64,000 nucleotides of DNA from a virus. Below are positions 46,006 through 55,335 of this stretch, piece by piece. Every line of letters begins with the position of its first letter. Position 1 is the stretch's first letter. Below the pieces are notes generated by a model. That model saw only the letters and a list, made by a program, of their open reading frames with translations, ran no database searches and was not told the origin of the DNA. The translations under genes and the position numbers were made by a program. Where the stretch lies: the IMG/VR virus record IMGVR_UViG_3300020021_000004, positions 1 to 64,000 of that record. The stretch is one strand, 5' to 3'.

Positions 46006-48072
46006 TCAATCCAAAAAGGTATGGGACTTGTAGGAGAACCGAAGGTACACGGTGGAGCTTGTTTCAGTATCCGTAATAGCTGGGGTGTCGGTCCCCGCAT
46101 CCACGTCGTAGAGGGTCCCTGAAGATGCAGGGGCTAACGCGATATGGAACCCTACGACGCCGAACCCTGTTGCGGGTCTTGCGAAGGTACCTGTAGCCGA
46201 CGGAACCACAGCCGCTGTCCCCTGTCCGTTGTCCGCAACGCAAATGATGTCCCAACCGCTCGTGTCAGCGAACGCTACACGTTCGACGTATCCCGAAGGT
46301 GGTACGAAATCAACGGTCGTGGGGGTGGAGGTTCCCGGATCTGCAACCCCCACCCAAACGATCTGACATCCGTTAGCTGTAGTGGTCAGGGTGGGGGCTA
46401 TGACGCTAGCGGGAGTCGCACGGTCATCGTCATGTGTTTCTGAGACAGGCGTCACTTGAAGAGGCGTCGTAGGGTGAACGCCAGACCACGCGGAGATCAC
46501 GAGCCCTTGGTTCAAGGTGATGCCAGGAGTGAAGATATAGCTCCCGCTCCCGACTGCCGATTTCTTGTACCAAACGTAGTAAGTGGCTCCATCAGTGATC
46601 GTCAACGAGGCATTGAAGATCTGTGTCCACGTCCCATCGGGCGGGCTGCATGTCTGTCCGCCGCCGTCACATTCCCAAACTGCTAGGAGGAAGTCCCCTG
46701 CCTGCCCAGGGTCCACTGCACTGATGGTGGCCCCGCTCAAAGAGCTAGCGGTCGAGGACGCTCGATAATTAATGGTCGCAGGATTCAGGGCCGCCATGAT
46801 GACGATCCACGTATCGGCACCCCCCGTGCTCGTCACATAGTTGCCAGTCGAACCAGAGCTAACTAGGGCACCATCGTAGTAGCCTGAAAACCCGCTGTCG
46901 AGATTCAGAAACGAGGTGCCGTCCACTCTGGAAATAAGAGATCCCGCACTCCCTGAAGGAGCAGCCGTCAAAGCATTGTCGTCCCCAAACCATCCGTAAA
47001 CCAAGTATTCTTTGGCTTTGGCAGCTGAGAACCCTGTGCCGGTAACGGTTGAGTTGGCACCCCCACTGTTGTTGACCGAAAAATTATCAAACGGAGTCGT
47101 GTTGTTGACGCCCGAATAGGCACAGATGATAACGTCGATGTTGCCCGCCGTACCCGTGGCGGTAAATGTGTAGCTGGAAGACTCTGACGCCCCCGCTACT
47201 TTGTACATCATCGCGCAATTGAGGTCTGACCCGCCAGGTCCGCCGCGCTCTGAAGTCGCGGCCAGAACAGTCCACCCTGTAGACGCCCACAAGCTGACGA
47301 AAGCAGAGTTGTAGTTACCTAACCACGCAACCAAGACATCGCCCGCAACAACCTCCGTAGGTTTGTTGCACACGCCACTTGAAGCCGAGACAGTGGCGGC
47401 ACCGCGGATCTCGATCCGCGAGACCAACATATTGGGCTCGTCGGTGCTGATCGTTAGCGTTGTGCCCGTGACGGTCCAGTTCTGAGCCGCCGCCGACTGG
47501 TCATGCCCGATCGTGTGTCCCGCATCGCACTGAAGATAGTTGGTCAACCCAGTGGTGACGATCGGAGCATTCTGCTGGCTCTCAGCAAAGATCTGGTCAG
47601 GCGTTAACGCCGCAGACGTCGACCACTCCTTGTAGGCCGTGAATCGCTTATGATTGGTGGACCCACCCCCTGTTCCAACTAAAAAGAACTGATTGACAGT
47701 ACTAATGTTCGTGTCTGAAACATTAGATGTGTGGAGGAAATTCTCACCCTCATGACGCCAGTAGGCGGTGACACCAACGCCGTTCACGGCGACCGTGCAC
47801 ACGAAAATCCACGTTGAGTCAGAACCCGTGCTAACGATTTGTAGATTGCCCCCCTGAGTGTTCACACAGGTGTCGGTGATAACAGGGATACCGCTGCCTG
47901 CGATGTCACCGATGCTGTACGACCAGTCGTCCCCGTTACCTACCGCGTACAGGGCAGGATCCCCACCATCAACGAACTCGAAGTACCTCACCCAAAAACA
48001 AGAGGTGACGCCAAGTGTGCCAGAATTCCGATTAAGTTCGGTGTTGCCTCCAGAGGTGGTTTCGTAGCTCAT
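46006..48072 (-). CDS. Three-domain lectin-like virion protein with C-terminal fibre-repeat tag
   Basis: Shared N-terminal domain plus two AGDxLxA...GWT...SGV..TTP domains; C-terminal LYDVDAGTDTPAITD. Confidence 0.7.
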   Translation of the reverse strand: MSYETTSGGNTELNRNSGTLGVTSCFWVRYFEFVDGGDPALYAVGNGDDWSYSIGDIAGSGIPVITDTCVNTQGGNLQIVSTGSDSTWIFVCTVAVNGVGVTAYWRHEGENFLHTSNVSDTNISTVNQFFLVGTGGGSTNHKRFTAYKEWSTSAALTPDQIFAESQQNAPIVTTGLTNYLQCDAGHTIGHDQSAAAQNWTVTGTTLTISTDEPNMLVSRIEIRGAATVSASSGVCNKPTEVVAGDVLVAWLGNYNSAFVSLWASTGWTVLAATSERGGPGGSDLNCAMMYKVAGASESSSYTFTATGTAGNIDVIICAYSGVNNTTPFDNFSVNNSGGANSTVTGTGFSAAKAKEYLVYGWFGDDNALTAAPSGSAGSLISRVDGTSFLNLDSGFSGYYDGALVSSGSTGNYVTSTGGADTWIVIMAALNPATINYRASSTASSLSGATISAVDPGQAGDFLLAVWECDGGGQTCSPPDGTWTQIFNASLTITDGATYYVWYKKSAVGSGSYIFTPGITLNQGLVISAWSGVHPTTPLQVTPVSETHDDDRATPASVIAPTLTTTANGCQIVWVGVADPGTSTPTTVDFVPPSGYVERVAFADTSGWDIICVADNGQGTAAVVPSATGTFARPATGFGVVGFHIALAPASSGTLYDVDAGTDTPAITDTETSSTVYLRFSYKSHTFLD

Positions 48073-48247
48073 AGGTCCCGATCCGCGTAGGCTCCTCTAC
48101 CTCTGAGGTGTCAAAAGAAACTTAGTCGAGGAAAGGTCCTGTTTTACCGGGCAGGAAGATATCGAAGGAGGGCCTATTGGTTCCCGCAGTGATCGAATCC
48201 GTAACAGCTGGGGTGTCGGTCCCCGCATCCACATCGTAGAGGGTCCC
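46069..48247. repeat. Dispersed 51-bp direct repeat (49/51 identical) encoding the C-terminal tag
   Basis: 46069-46119 versus 48197-48247. Confidence 0.9.
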
Positions 48248-48949
48248 CGCTGTGATTGTAGGAATCGACAACACCCACGCCATCACTCCACCAGCATCGG
48301 CCCCCGTCAACGGCGTGGACGTGATGTTCAGGGTAATGGTGCCCGTAGGACTCCCCGTAGCGGGAGCATCCATCGACAGCATGGCCAAAGAGCTGTACTC
48401 AGCAGTGCCTCCTGCGGCTCCTGACAACACGGCCCTCTGAGTAAACCCTGTGGCCGAGAACGTGAAGTCCTTGGAATTGTCGACAGCATCCAACGCGACG
48501 AAAATGAAGACCTGATCGCCGCTCGCTGTATTACAGCCGTTCAATGAAGCGGTCGTGTTGGTGACGTGATTTGTACCTAAGTTAGTGTGCTGAACGTCCG
48601 TGATCGTGGTGTCGTCCAACCCTGCCCACGTGAACAGAAGCAAGACCGTGGACGGGAAGGACTGCGAACTCGTCGTGAACGAATAGGTGCTGGGCAGGCC
48701 CGACGCCGGAGTACCGGCCCCACCGTTGCCCGTGTATTTGAAAATGCCTGCACTATTGTTGTCGAAACTACAGGTCTGGTAGCTATCAACAAGGGTGAAG
48801 TCACTTGGGATCGTCAGAGGGACGTTGACCTCGTCCGCGTTGTAGAACGCCCACAGGCGGTCTCCCAAGGCATATGTAGGCGTAGTCCCTGTAACGGTGA
48901 GGGTCCCTCCTGCGTTGGGATCTATGGTGGCGTCCCTAAACCCCGTCAT
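48122..48949 (-). CDS. Single beta-domain virion protein with C-terminal fibre-repeat tag
   Basis: Domain related to the repeated domains of 46006-48072; C-terminal LYDVDAGTDTPAVTD. Confidence 0.7.
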   Translation of the reverse strand: MTGFRDATIDPNAGGTLTVTGTTPTYALGDRLWAFYNADEVNVPLTIPSDFTLVDSYQTCSFDNNSAGIFKYTGNGGAGTPASGLPSTYSFTTSSQSFPSTVLLLFTWAGLDDTTITDVQHTNLGTNHVTNTTASLNGCNTASGDQVFIFVALDAVDNSKDFTFSATGFTQRAVLSGAAGGTAEYSSLAMLSMDAPATGSPTGTITLNITSTPLTGADAGGVMAWVLSIPTITAGTLYDVDAGTDTPAVTDSITAGTNRPSFDIFLPGKTGPFLD

Positions 48950-49064
48950 GTGCCCCTCCGCTTCGCTGACAAAGTACGGCTACTGCCGGAACAGCTGGAG
49001 CGTGTCTTAGGTCCAATGAAACCTCACTTCTGAGAGATCAAAAGGACTTTAGAAAAGACGTGGC

Positions 49065-50075
49065 TTAGCTAGCGTTCTGTAGCCGCCGACGGGCCTCTAG
49101 GTGCACTTCCATGAAGGAGACGCCGAATCGGTCACGGAGCCACTCGATCATGACCGCCTCTTCGACCGAATGCTGACCGTTGTGACACTTCACACACAAC
49201 CTTTCCAGGTTGGCGGGGTTGTTGTTCCAAGGGTTGCGATCCTTGTGGTTGATGTGCTTCCCGACCTCCCTGCACACCACACACGGACCTGGGGCTACGA
49301 GACGGCGGGCACGACCGTACATAACCTGTGACGTAACGGCATCACCTGTAACCCTCGGGCGTCCTCGGCCATCCGTGAAACCCTTGCCCACCAGGTCTGG
49401 AGATAACTCGACCCGCTTGATCCCAAGTCGATCTAAAGCCTGTTGAACAGTTCTCGCAGCACACCCCGCCATTCGACCAACTTCAGCCTTAGACTTCCAT
49501 TGGGTCACGTACTGCTCGGTCAACCACTCCTTGTTATGAAGGGTCTCTAGGAACTTAGCCCTAGGACGAGGAGCGTTGGACCCGTACTTGCGAAGTACAC
49601 TGTGAGCCCGTGTGGCACTTTCACTACGTTTCGCAGGGTCGGATTCGTAGGTAGCGTGACCCGTGTGTGTCTCTACGGCTCGCTGTTTTTGAAGACAACC
49701 GCACGACTTAGCGCCACCCGTCTTTAGCGCTTGAGCGCTAATCGCCTTCTCATTGCCGCAATCGCAATGGCACCACCACCAAGCGGACCTCGTGGTCTGT
49801 TCCGTCAGCTCCCGAGTTAAGGGTGCTTCGGACCGTCGTAACACTTCCAAGCGACCAAACCGTTGGCCCGTGAGATCCTCTGCTTGACCTATCAAGCAGC
49901 CACAGGACTTCGTATGGCCAGACCTAAGCAAGGACCCTCGAACGATGTGCTCGGGCTTACCGCACGCTGAACAAAAGCAAACCCACCGAGCCTCTCCGCC
50001 CGGTGGGTACGCCGCTTCTCGAATCACCGTCAACGAACCGAATACCTGCCCAGTTAGGTCGATTTTCCTGCTCAT
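49065..50075 (-). CDS. HNH homing endonuclease with duplicated DLTGQxFG.L...CxC...KSCGC DNA-binding modules
   Basis: Two such modules; C-terminal CVVC...INHKDRNPWNN...NLERLCVKCH. Confidence 0.88.
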   Translation of the reverse strand: MSRKIDLTGQVFGSLTVIREAAYPPGGEARWVCFCSACGKPEHIVRGSLLRSGHTKSCGCLIGQAEDLTGQRFGRLEVLRRSEAPLTRELTEQTTRSAWWWCHCDCGNEKAISAQALKTGGAKSCGCLQKQRAVETHTGHATYESDPAKRSESATRAHSVLRKYGSNAPRPRAKFLETLHNKEWLTEQYVTQWKSKAEVGRMAGCAARTVQQALDRLGIKRVELSPDLVGKGFTDGRGRPRVTGDAVTSQVMYGRARRLVAPGPCVVCREVGKHINHKDRNPWNNNPANLERLCVKCHNGQHSVEEAVMIEWLRDRFGVSFMEVHLEARRRLQNAS

Positions 50076-50123
50076 TTCCAGAGCATATCGAATTCTAACT
50101 CGACTGTCAACAGTCCGATAACT

Positions 50124-50630
50124 TCAGGTTACGCGAGCCCTGTAGGTTATTCGTAGCTTGTCTGCCGTGGTCTTGTTGACGGCCGTGAAAGTGCTGCGGC
50201 TCAACGCACTGCCACCCGGCGACGTGTGCTGGTTCATGACCACCACTTCGCGGATGTTGGTAGCCGACTTGGTGCCGCCGCCCGACTGATACGACACCAC
50301 CCACTGGAAGGTACGAGTACCCGACAGAAGGGTGATGGTGTCAGCAGTGCGGAGCGTGCCCGTCACGGGGCTGACCACGTTGGTCTGTGCAGAGTTCGCC
50401 GCAACACCGGACGTACCGATGCGGAGGAACTTGAACAGACTCGTGTTCAGACCAGTGGCTTTGCGCCAGATCTGCTTCTTGCCGGTGTTGACCACCAGGT
50501 TGGGGATTGTACGACGTTGCACAACCTCAGGACCGTTCTTCCCGTCTCGGAGCACCTCGACGACGAAAACGCCCTGGGCTTGCAGCTCGTCAGACAGCCC
50601 CTGCTCGTTCTGAATGTCCTTGGCCTGCAT
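50124..50630 (-). CDS. Tail-collar/fibre N-terminal-like structural protein
   Basis: Likely start MQAKDI at 50630 after GGAGGAG; NLVVNTG...IGTSG...IREVVVMN...RSTF..VNKT...L.ITY resembles fibre attachment domains. Confidence 0.65.
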   Translation of the reverse strand: MQAKDIQNEQGLSDELQAQGVFVVEVLRDGKNGPEVVQRRTIPNLVVNTGKKQIWRKATGLNTSLFKFLRIGTSGVAANSAQTNVVSPVTGTLRTADTITLLSGTRTFQWVVSYQSGGGTKSATNIREVVVMNQHTSPGGSALSRSTFTAVNKTTADKLRITYRARVT

Positions 50631-52446
50631 TGCTAATTGACTCCTCCAACAGTGAGATGTTGGTTTTGGCTTCCTCAAACACGTCGGATTCGGCGTTGTC
50701 TGGAAGCAGCTCCAGCACCTTACGCGCCCAATAAAGAGAATCTTCGAACCGACCCAACTCTCCGTGAACCATGGCCAGCCGTTGTGCTGGGATCCATGAG
50801 TACATGGGGAGGTCCACCCACCACAGGGTGAAGGGCGGCTCTCCAACTTTAGTCCCCGCATAAGTATACCATTGGAGGGCCTCTTCGAACTTGTCCTCCC
50901 GGAACGCCAAGTCCCCTAGCCGAACCCAATGTTCAGTCCGGCTCCAATCGTCCCCGACCGCCCCTAAAAGGATGTCTCGAGCGCTGATCCAATCAGCCGC
51001 TTTCTGCTCTTCCGTTCGAGGTGGGGTAGTGGGATCCGAAGCCCTTTGGCTGTACAGCTTCGAGAGGATGAGGCGCGTGTGGTACCGCATGGGCCCGTTC
51101 TTCTTTGGGACCCTCAGGTACTCTTCCAACCGTTCGATCGCCTTATCGTTCGAGTGTTCACGCCATTCTGAGCCCAAATAGTGGAGCGACATGGCGTTGC
51201 CGTTGTGGACCCAGTCGTCCATCAACGTCACACGGTTCTGAGTCTTTCTCTGAACGTGACGAGCCATTTCACGGTCGATAGCTCGCTCGTGAAGGGTGCG
51301 GACCTGCGGCAGGTTGATGGCGTAGGTGCCGGTCGGGTAGTCCAGAATGTTGTGCGTCTGACGGGCGTACCGGATGCGCGAGTCTTGTTTGCACAGCCAA
51401 GGGAAAGCCCACTGCTGATCGTTGCCCGTACGGAGGACGAATCCAAGCTTCGTCTGCGGGGGCATCTGGTCCAGCGAAAGCAGGGCTTCCCACCCTGAAA
51501 CCAACCGCTCATGGCCCTCCGTCATGAAGATCCACTCTGAAGTGCACTTGTCCATGCACTGGTTGCGGATCCACCCGAAATGAACTCCACCCTCAGGGGT
51601 TTCGTCACCCTTGGGGCCTTCAGGGTCCTTCAAAAAGAACACCACTTCAGCGTACTTTTCGGCAATTTCCCAGGTGTTGTCGGTCGTCCGAGGATCGACA
51701 CCAATGACGATTTCATCCGCCACCGCTCGGAAACTTGCAAGGGTGGCCTCGAGGTCCGCCCCCTCATCACGACAAGGCATCGTCACCGACAGGGTGAAGC
51801 CTTTTTCCCAACCGCAAACCCCCAAAAGGTACGGTCCAAGCACTTCGATCCGTACGTGTTCGAAGTGCTGTTGCAAGTCCCTCTTGAAGGACATGGCGTT
51901 GTACTTCACCGTGTGCTGGGGCTCTTCATCAGGTCCCAAGCGATCGTTGGGTACCGAGAACAAGGCTCGCCCACGCTTGGCAGCGTGCTTGAACAACCGA
52001 TGGCGGGTCTCCGCACTCAGGTGCTCGACCACCTCAGTGGCGATGCAAACATCCAAGGGACGATCGAGAACTCGATCGAGGTCCGCATCGCTCTCCAAAT
52101 CGGCGATGGCGGTCTCGAGTCCTAGTTCTCGCGCCTTCTCGAGAGCGGCCTCGCTGTGGTCCACCACAAGAGGCTCGACCTTCTTGGTGACCTTCAGACG
52201 CTCAGCCAAGATACCGGTGCCACCCCCAAGATCGACGATCTTGGACCCCGGGGTGAGAATGCGCTCGATGCGAGTGTAGACCTGGCTCAGAGCCTGCTTT
52301 CGCCACTCCTCTTGCCCCTCTTCCTTCCAGAGGCGATTCCAAAGGTCGGGGCTATTGGCAAGACGTGCTTGCCGCTCAGCTGCCTCTTCTTCTTTGGTCT
52401 TGGTCTTAGCTTCGTCGACTAGTTCCACAGCCTGAGTAGCTTCCAT
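50590..52446 (-). CDS. Class I SAM methyltransferase - GT2 glycosyltransferase - TPR fusion
   Basis: VDLGGGTG and TEVVEHL (MTase); SVTMPCRDE...DEIVIGVD..TTDNT...FGWIRN...EWIFMTEGHE (GT-A fold); C-terminal TPR-like helices. Confidence 0.85.
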   Translation of the reverse strand: MEATQAVELVDEAKTKTKEEEAAERQARLANSPDLWNRLWKEEGQEEWRKQALSQVYTRIERILTPGSKIVDLGGGTGILAERLKVTKKVEPLVVDHSEAALEKARELGLETAIADLESDADLDRVLDRPLDVCIATEVVEHLSAETRHRLFKHAAKRGRALFSVPNDRLGPDEEPQHTVKYNAMSFKRDLQQHFEHVRIEVLGPYLLGVCGWEKGFTLSVTMPCRDEGADLEATLASFRAVADEIVIGVDPRTTDNTWEIAEKYAEVVFFLKDPEGPKGDETPEGGVHFGWIRNQCMDKCTSEWIFMTEGHERLVSGWEALLSLDQMPPQTKLGFVLRTGNDQQWAFPWLCKQDSRIRYARQTHNILDYPTGTYAINLPQVRTLHERAIDREMARHVQRKTQNRVTLMDDWVHNGNAMSLHYLGSEWREHSNDKAIERLEEYLRVPKKNGPMRYHTRLILSKLYSQRASDPTTPPRTEEQKAADWISARDILLGAVGDDWSRTEHWVRLGDLAFREDKFEEALQWYTYAGTKVGEPPFTLWWVDLPMYSWIPAQRLAMVHGELGRFEDSLYWARKVLELLPDNAESDVFEEAKTNISLLEESISNAGQGHSERAGAV

Positions 52447-52474
52447 TCATTTCCTCTGATTTCTGGGTTTTCAT

Positions 52475-53023
52475 TTAGCCTCCCTGTTTACGGGGAGGAT
52501 TGGGATCCACAACAAAGTGTTCGGTCTGTACTGGGGCCGTCTTGGGCAGCACCTGTGCACGAGCGGGCATGCCCGCAGGAATGACAGCGACCTGCTTCTT
52601 CAACAACACCGCCCGTAGGTCCGCCGACCCATCCAGGGTAGCCATCAAGATCGAGTCGGTGCCCTTCCACGTGTGGATCGTGTCAGCCGTCCCCACGAGG
52701 TCCGAGAGTGCTTTGGCATACGACGTCTGAAGACTCACCTGATCAGCCGCCGCCATGCTGTCACCGAGCGTCGCCCAGCGTACGAAACCCGTAGAGGCTA
52801 CGTCACTCGCGGCTACCGCATCCGAAACCGCGATCCCAAAGCCCTTCGAGATCAAGATGCTGTCGCTGATGTTGACGGTGTCGGTGTTGAAGGATGTCTC
52901 CACGAACATGGAGTCCCCCATCACGATGAGGTCTTGGAGGCTGTATTGGTACGACATCGCCAAGGCAATGGCATCCGCAGAGACCGAGAAGGAGTCGTTG
53001 ACGACCGTGTCCAATAGAGCCAT
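52475..53023 (-). CDS. Short fibre-repeat protein related to the 2220-aa protein
   Basis: DSFSVSAD, DTVNISD, DAVAASD repeats and ETSFN segment. Confidence 0.7.
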   Translation of the reverse strand: MALLDTVVNDSFSVSADAIALAMSYQYSLQDLIVMGDSMFVETSFNTDTVNISDSILISKGFGIAVSDAVAASDVASTGFVRWATLGDSMAAADQVSLQTSYAKALSDLVGTADTIHTWKGTDSILMATLDGSADLRAVLLKKQVAVIPAGMPARAQVLPKTAPVQTEHFVVDPNPPRKQGG

Positions 53024-53035
53024 AGCGCGCCTCCT

Positions 53036-53422
53036 TTAGGTGCAGAAACCCGCCGTCAAGCCAGACTCGACAGCAAGGGGAAGGTTCACGACATCGAAGT
53101 CGATCCCGACGATTTGAGACGTCCCAGGATAGTTGATCAGCAGGTTCCAATGCCCAAGAGAGTTGGGAAAGAACCGAAGGCCATAGCCCTGATTGGGCAG
53201 CGCATCCCAGTAGACGGAGCCCGACACCACTTGGGCATCTGACACCACCGAGCCGTCGAGAAGGGGCCACGCCACGACGGTGTTGTTCAGGAACAACGTC
53301 AACGTCACGTCAGCGGGCACCACTCCAGCAATTCGGGTGTACTGGTTGGCCGAAAAGAGGTCCACCTGATCGTAGATCAGCTGGTTGATCTGCACTAAGC
53401 GCGTTCGAAAAGTGGCCGCCAT
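53036..53422 (-). CDS. Small Ig-like structural protein
   Basis: 128 aa all-beta; YGLRFFPNSLGHWNLLINY. Confidence 0.6.
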   Translation of the reverse strand: MAATFRTRLVQINQLIYDQVDLFSANQYTRIAGVVPADVTLTLFLNNTVVAWPLLDGSVVSDAQVVSGSVYWDALPNQGYGLRFFPNSLGHWNLLINYPGTSQIVGIDFDVVNLPLAVESGLTAGFCT

Positions 53423-53427
53423 GAGGC

Positions 53428-53814
53428 TCAGCTTTCCGTGATCGAGAAGTACCCGATTGGGAAAAAGAGGGCGTCCTCCGCATACACGGTCTTCGGCGTC
53501 CCCAAGGTACCGAAGTACAGCATGTTGCCTGCCGTCAAGGCGTCGAACACCGCTACTCCAGGGACGTCACCCCAATCCAGCGTCGGGGTTGGGTAAGTGA
53601 TGACGTTGGTGTTGTGGCTCTCGCCCGCCGAAGACGCAGAGAACACTGCTGCTCGGCGTATGTAGGACCCACCCGTCACTTCAGTGCCGCCGCCGGCACT
53701 CGTGGGCGTCACGTTGAATAACGCGACGTACCAGGCGGACGGAGGCGTGAACGTCACACCCCGAAGGACGTGGTTCGCCAAAGCGTTTCGCAGGTAGTCG
53801 GTTTTGTTCATCAT
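53428..53814 (-). CDS. Conserved phage fibre-associated structural protein
   Basis: DYLRNALANHVL...YVALF...GGGTEVTGGSY.R...WG.V..VAVFDALTAGNML.FG.L, a widespread phage structural family. Confidence 0.75.
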   Translation of the reverse strand: MMNKTDYLRNALANHVLRGVTFTPPSAWYVALFNVTPTSAGGGTEVTGGSYIRRAAVFSASSAGESHNTNVITYPTPTLDWGDVPGVAVFDALTAGNMLYFGTLGTPKTVYAEDALFFPIGYFSITES

Positions 53815-53827
53815 GACGAAGAAGCCC

Positions 53828-54073
53828 TCATGCCATATGGCAGATCGATTTGAGAGCCTTCACCGCGTTAGCGTACTGAAGACCCGACACTTTGCCCGTC
53901 TGTGCAAACCAAGCGTTTTTGAGTTCTTCGATGTTCGAAATCGTCGGGTCGAAAACGAAGCTGACCCGTCCCGTCCCGCTCTTTTCCGTCCGGGTCATCG
54001 CTACTCCCGCTACCTGAAGATAGGCCGCGAAATAGAGGTCGGACGTTCGAAATTCTGTATCTTTGCTCAACAT
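53828..54073 (-). CDS. DUF5659-like small protein
   Basis: FRTSDLYFAAYL...GRVSFVF...YANAVKALKS; likely ATG at 54073. Confidence 0.7.
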   Translation of the reverse strand: MLSKDTEFRTSDLYFAAYLQVAGVAMTRTEKSGTGRVSFVFDPTISNIEELKNAWFAQTGKVSGLQYANAVKALKSICHMA

Positions 54074-54085
54074 TTTGTATCCCAA

Positions 54086-54185
54086 TCTCGCCCCTTCCGA
54101 AGAAGGGCCGTAAAATTCGAATCTGATTTGGGGTCTCGATCTGGATCTTCATCTGGAGGACCCCGGCTAGGGGGCCCTCTTTCAC
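54086..54185 (-). promoter_or_regulatory. Structured leader: hairpin - AGATNN tract - UUCG hairpin
   Basis: 17-mer at 54138-54154 identical to 25909-25925; CCCTTC-TTCG-GAAGGG (54092-54107). Confidence 0.6.
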
Positions 54186-54198
54186 GCGACAACCTGGA

Positions 54199-55320
54199 TC
54201 AGGTCATCGCCACCGCAGCGGTCGCCCGCTGACGGACCTGCACTCGAGCAGTCGTAGTCGTCAGCGTCGCCCCGGGGATGAGGGACGCCGGCACCACAAT
54301 CGAGGTCGCCGACACCGACCCGCCAGCGGCCTCGATGGCCTTCTGGTGCAAGGTCTTGTTGATGCCCGGACCCGCTACTCGGATCTTGGTCTCCTTGTTG
54401 TCGAACCCGCCCAAGCCCGTACCCGTGAGCGTGAGCGCACCGGTGGAAGGCGTATTGAGGTCCGCCACCGAGAGGACCGGTAGGCCCGCTGCGAAGGGCG
54501 TGACGCCATCATCAGCCACCACCGAGATGGCAGCCGCACTCGGGAGGCCGCTTCGGCTGTCGGGATTGAAGGCAGCGTTCCGGTACTCGGAAATCATGCC
54601 CACCAGGTAGCTGTCGATCGCCACAGCCGTTTCAGCCAGCTTAGGTGCGACAGCGTCCGCCACTTTGCCCGTCGTCCCACGAGCGGTCGGGATGAGCGAC
54701 AAGGCGTTGGTGGCCGTGCTGGCCCCCACAGCGTTGATGGTGGCGGTCGACACGTCCAAGGTGCCGTTGATGGGATTCAACGCCGTGATGAACGTCGCAG
54801 CCGACGGCATCGTGCGTTGGATGGCCGAAGAGCCAAAGCCGAGGGGCGTGTTGCCCGTCGCGCCGTTGCCCACAGAGTCGATACCAACGATGCTGTTCAC
54901 ACCCTTGGTCAGACTCTCGATCGACACCCGCTGCCCAGTGCCCGTGCCCTGGTAAGCCGTGATACCCGTACCCGCCAGAGCGACGTTGATAGCCGCCAAG
55001 AAGGTCGTGATACTGGCGTACACAGCGTGCACGATCGTGACAACCGTGAACGAACCCGCAGCCGTTGTGCGGACCCTCAAGGTGTCGTTCGAGCCCGTGA
55101 TGGTGATCGAGAAGTTGCCCGAGATATCGGACCCCTGGATCACTGCACCGGCGCCAGACGTCGAGTTGGCCAGAACCCCCTCGATTTCCGTGGTGGTCGG
55201 GCGCCCAATGTACAGCTCCTGACCCTTCGGTTCGGTGGGTGGATTGTATTGAGAAACTGTCTCCAAGTCCACCAAGTGGATGGGCCCTGGAAGATCACCA
55301 CGAATGACTCCGATACGCAT
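54199..55320 (-). CDS. Virion structural protein with sheath-insert-like domain and C-terminal IPT/TIG-like domain
   Basis: 373 aa Thr/Ala/Gly-rich; N- and C-termini resemble 55704-56315. Confidence 0.65.
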   Translation of the reverse strand: MRIGVIRGDLPGPIHLVDLETVSQYNPPTEPKGQELYIGRPTTTEIEGVLANSTSGAGAVIQGSDISGNFSITITGSNDTLRVRTTAAGSFTVVTIVHAVYASITTFLAAINVALAGTGITAYQGTGTGQRVSIESLTKGVNSIVGIDSVGNGATGNTPLGFGSSAIQRTMPSAATFITALNPINGTLDVSTATINAVGASTATNALSLIPTARGTTGKVADAVAPKLAETAVAIDSYLVGMISEYRNAAFNPDSRSGLPSAAAISVVADDGVTPFAAGLPVLSVADLNTPSTGALTLTGTGLGGFDNKETKIRVAGPGINKTLHQKAIEAAGGSVSATSIVVPASLIPGATLTTTTARVQVRQRATAAVAMT

Positions 55321-55335
55321 TTTCAGACTCCCTGG

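Noticed and set aside
43755-48949. Diversity-generating retroelement TR/VR pair
   Set aside because: Both repeat copies are coding, the differences are not adenine-specific (one A/G, one C/T), and no reverse transcriptase is in the window.
53868-54185. 105-aa ORF containing MKIQI
   Set aside because: Overlaps the better-supported DUF5659-like gene out of frame; treated as a by-product of the leader motif, though a leader-peptide role is not excluded.
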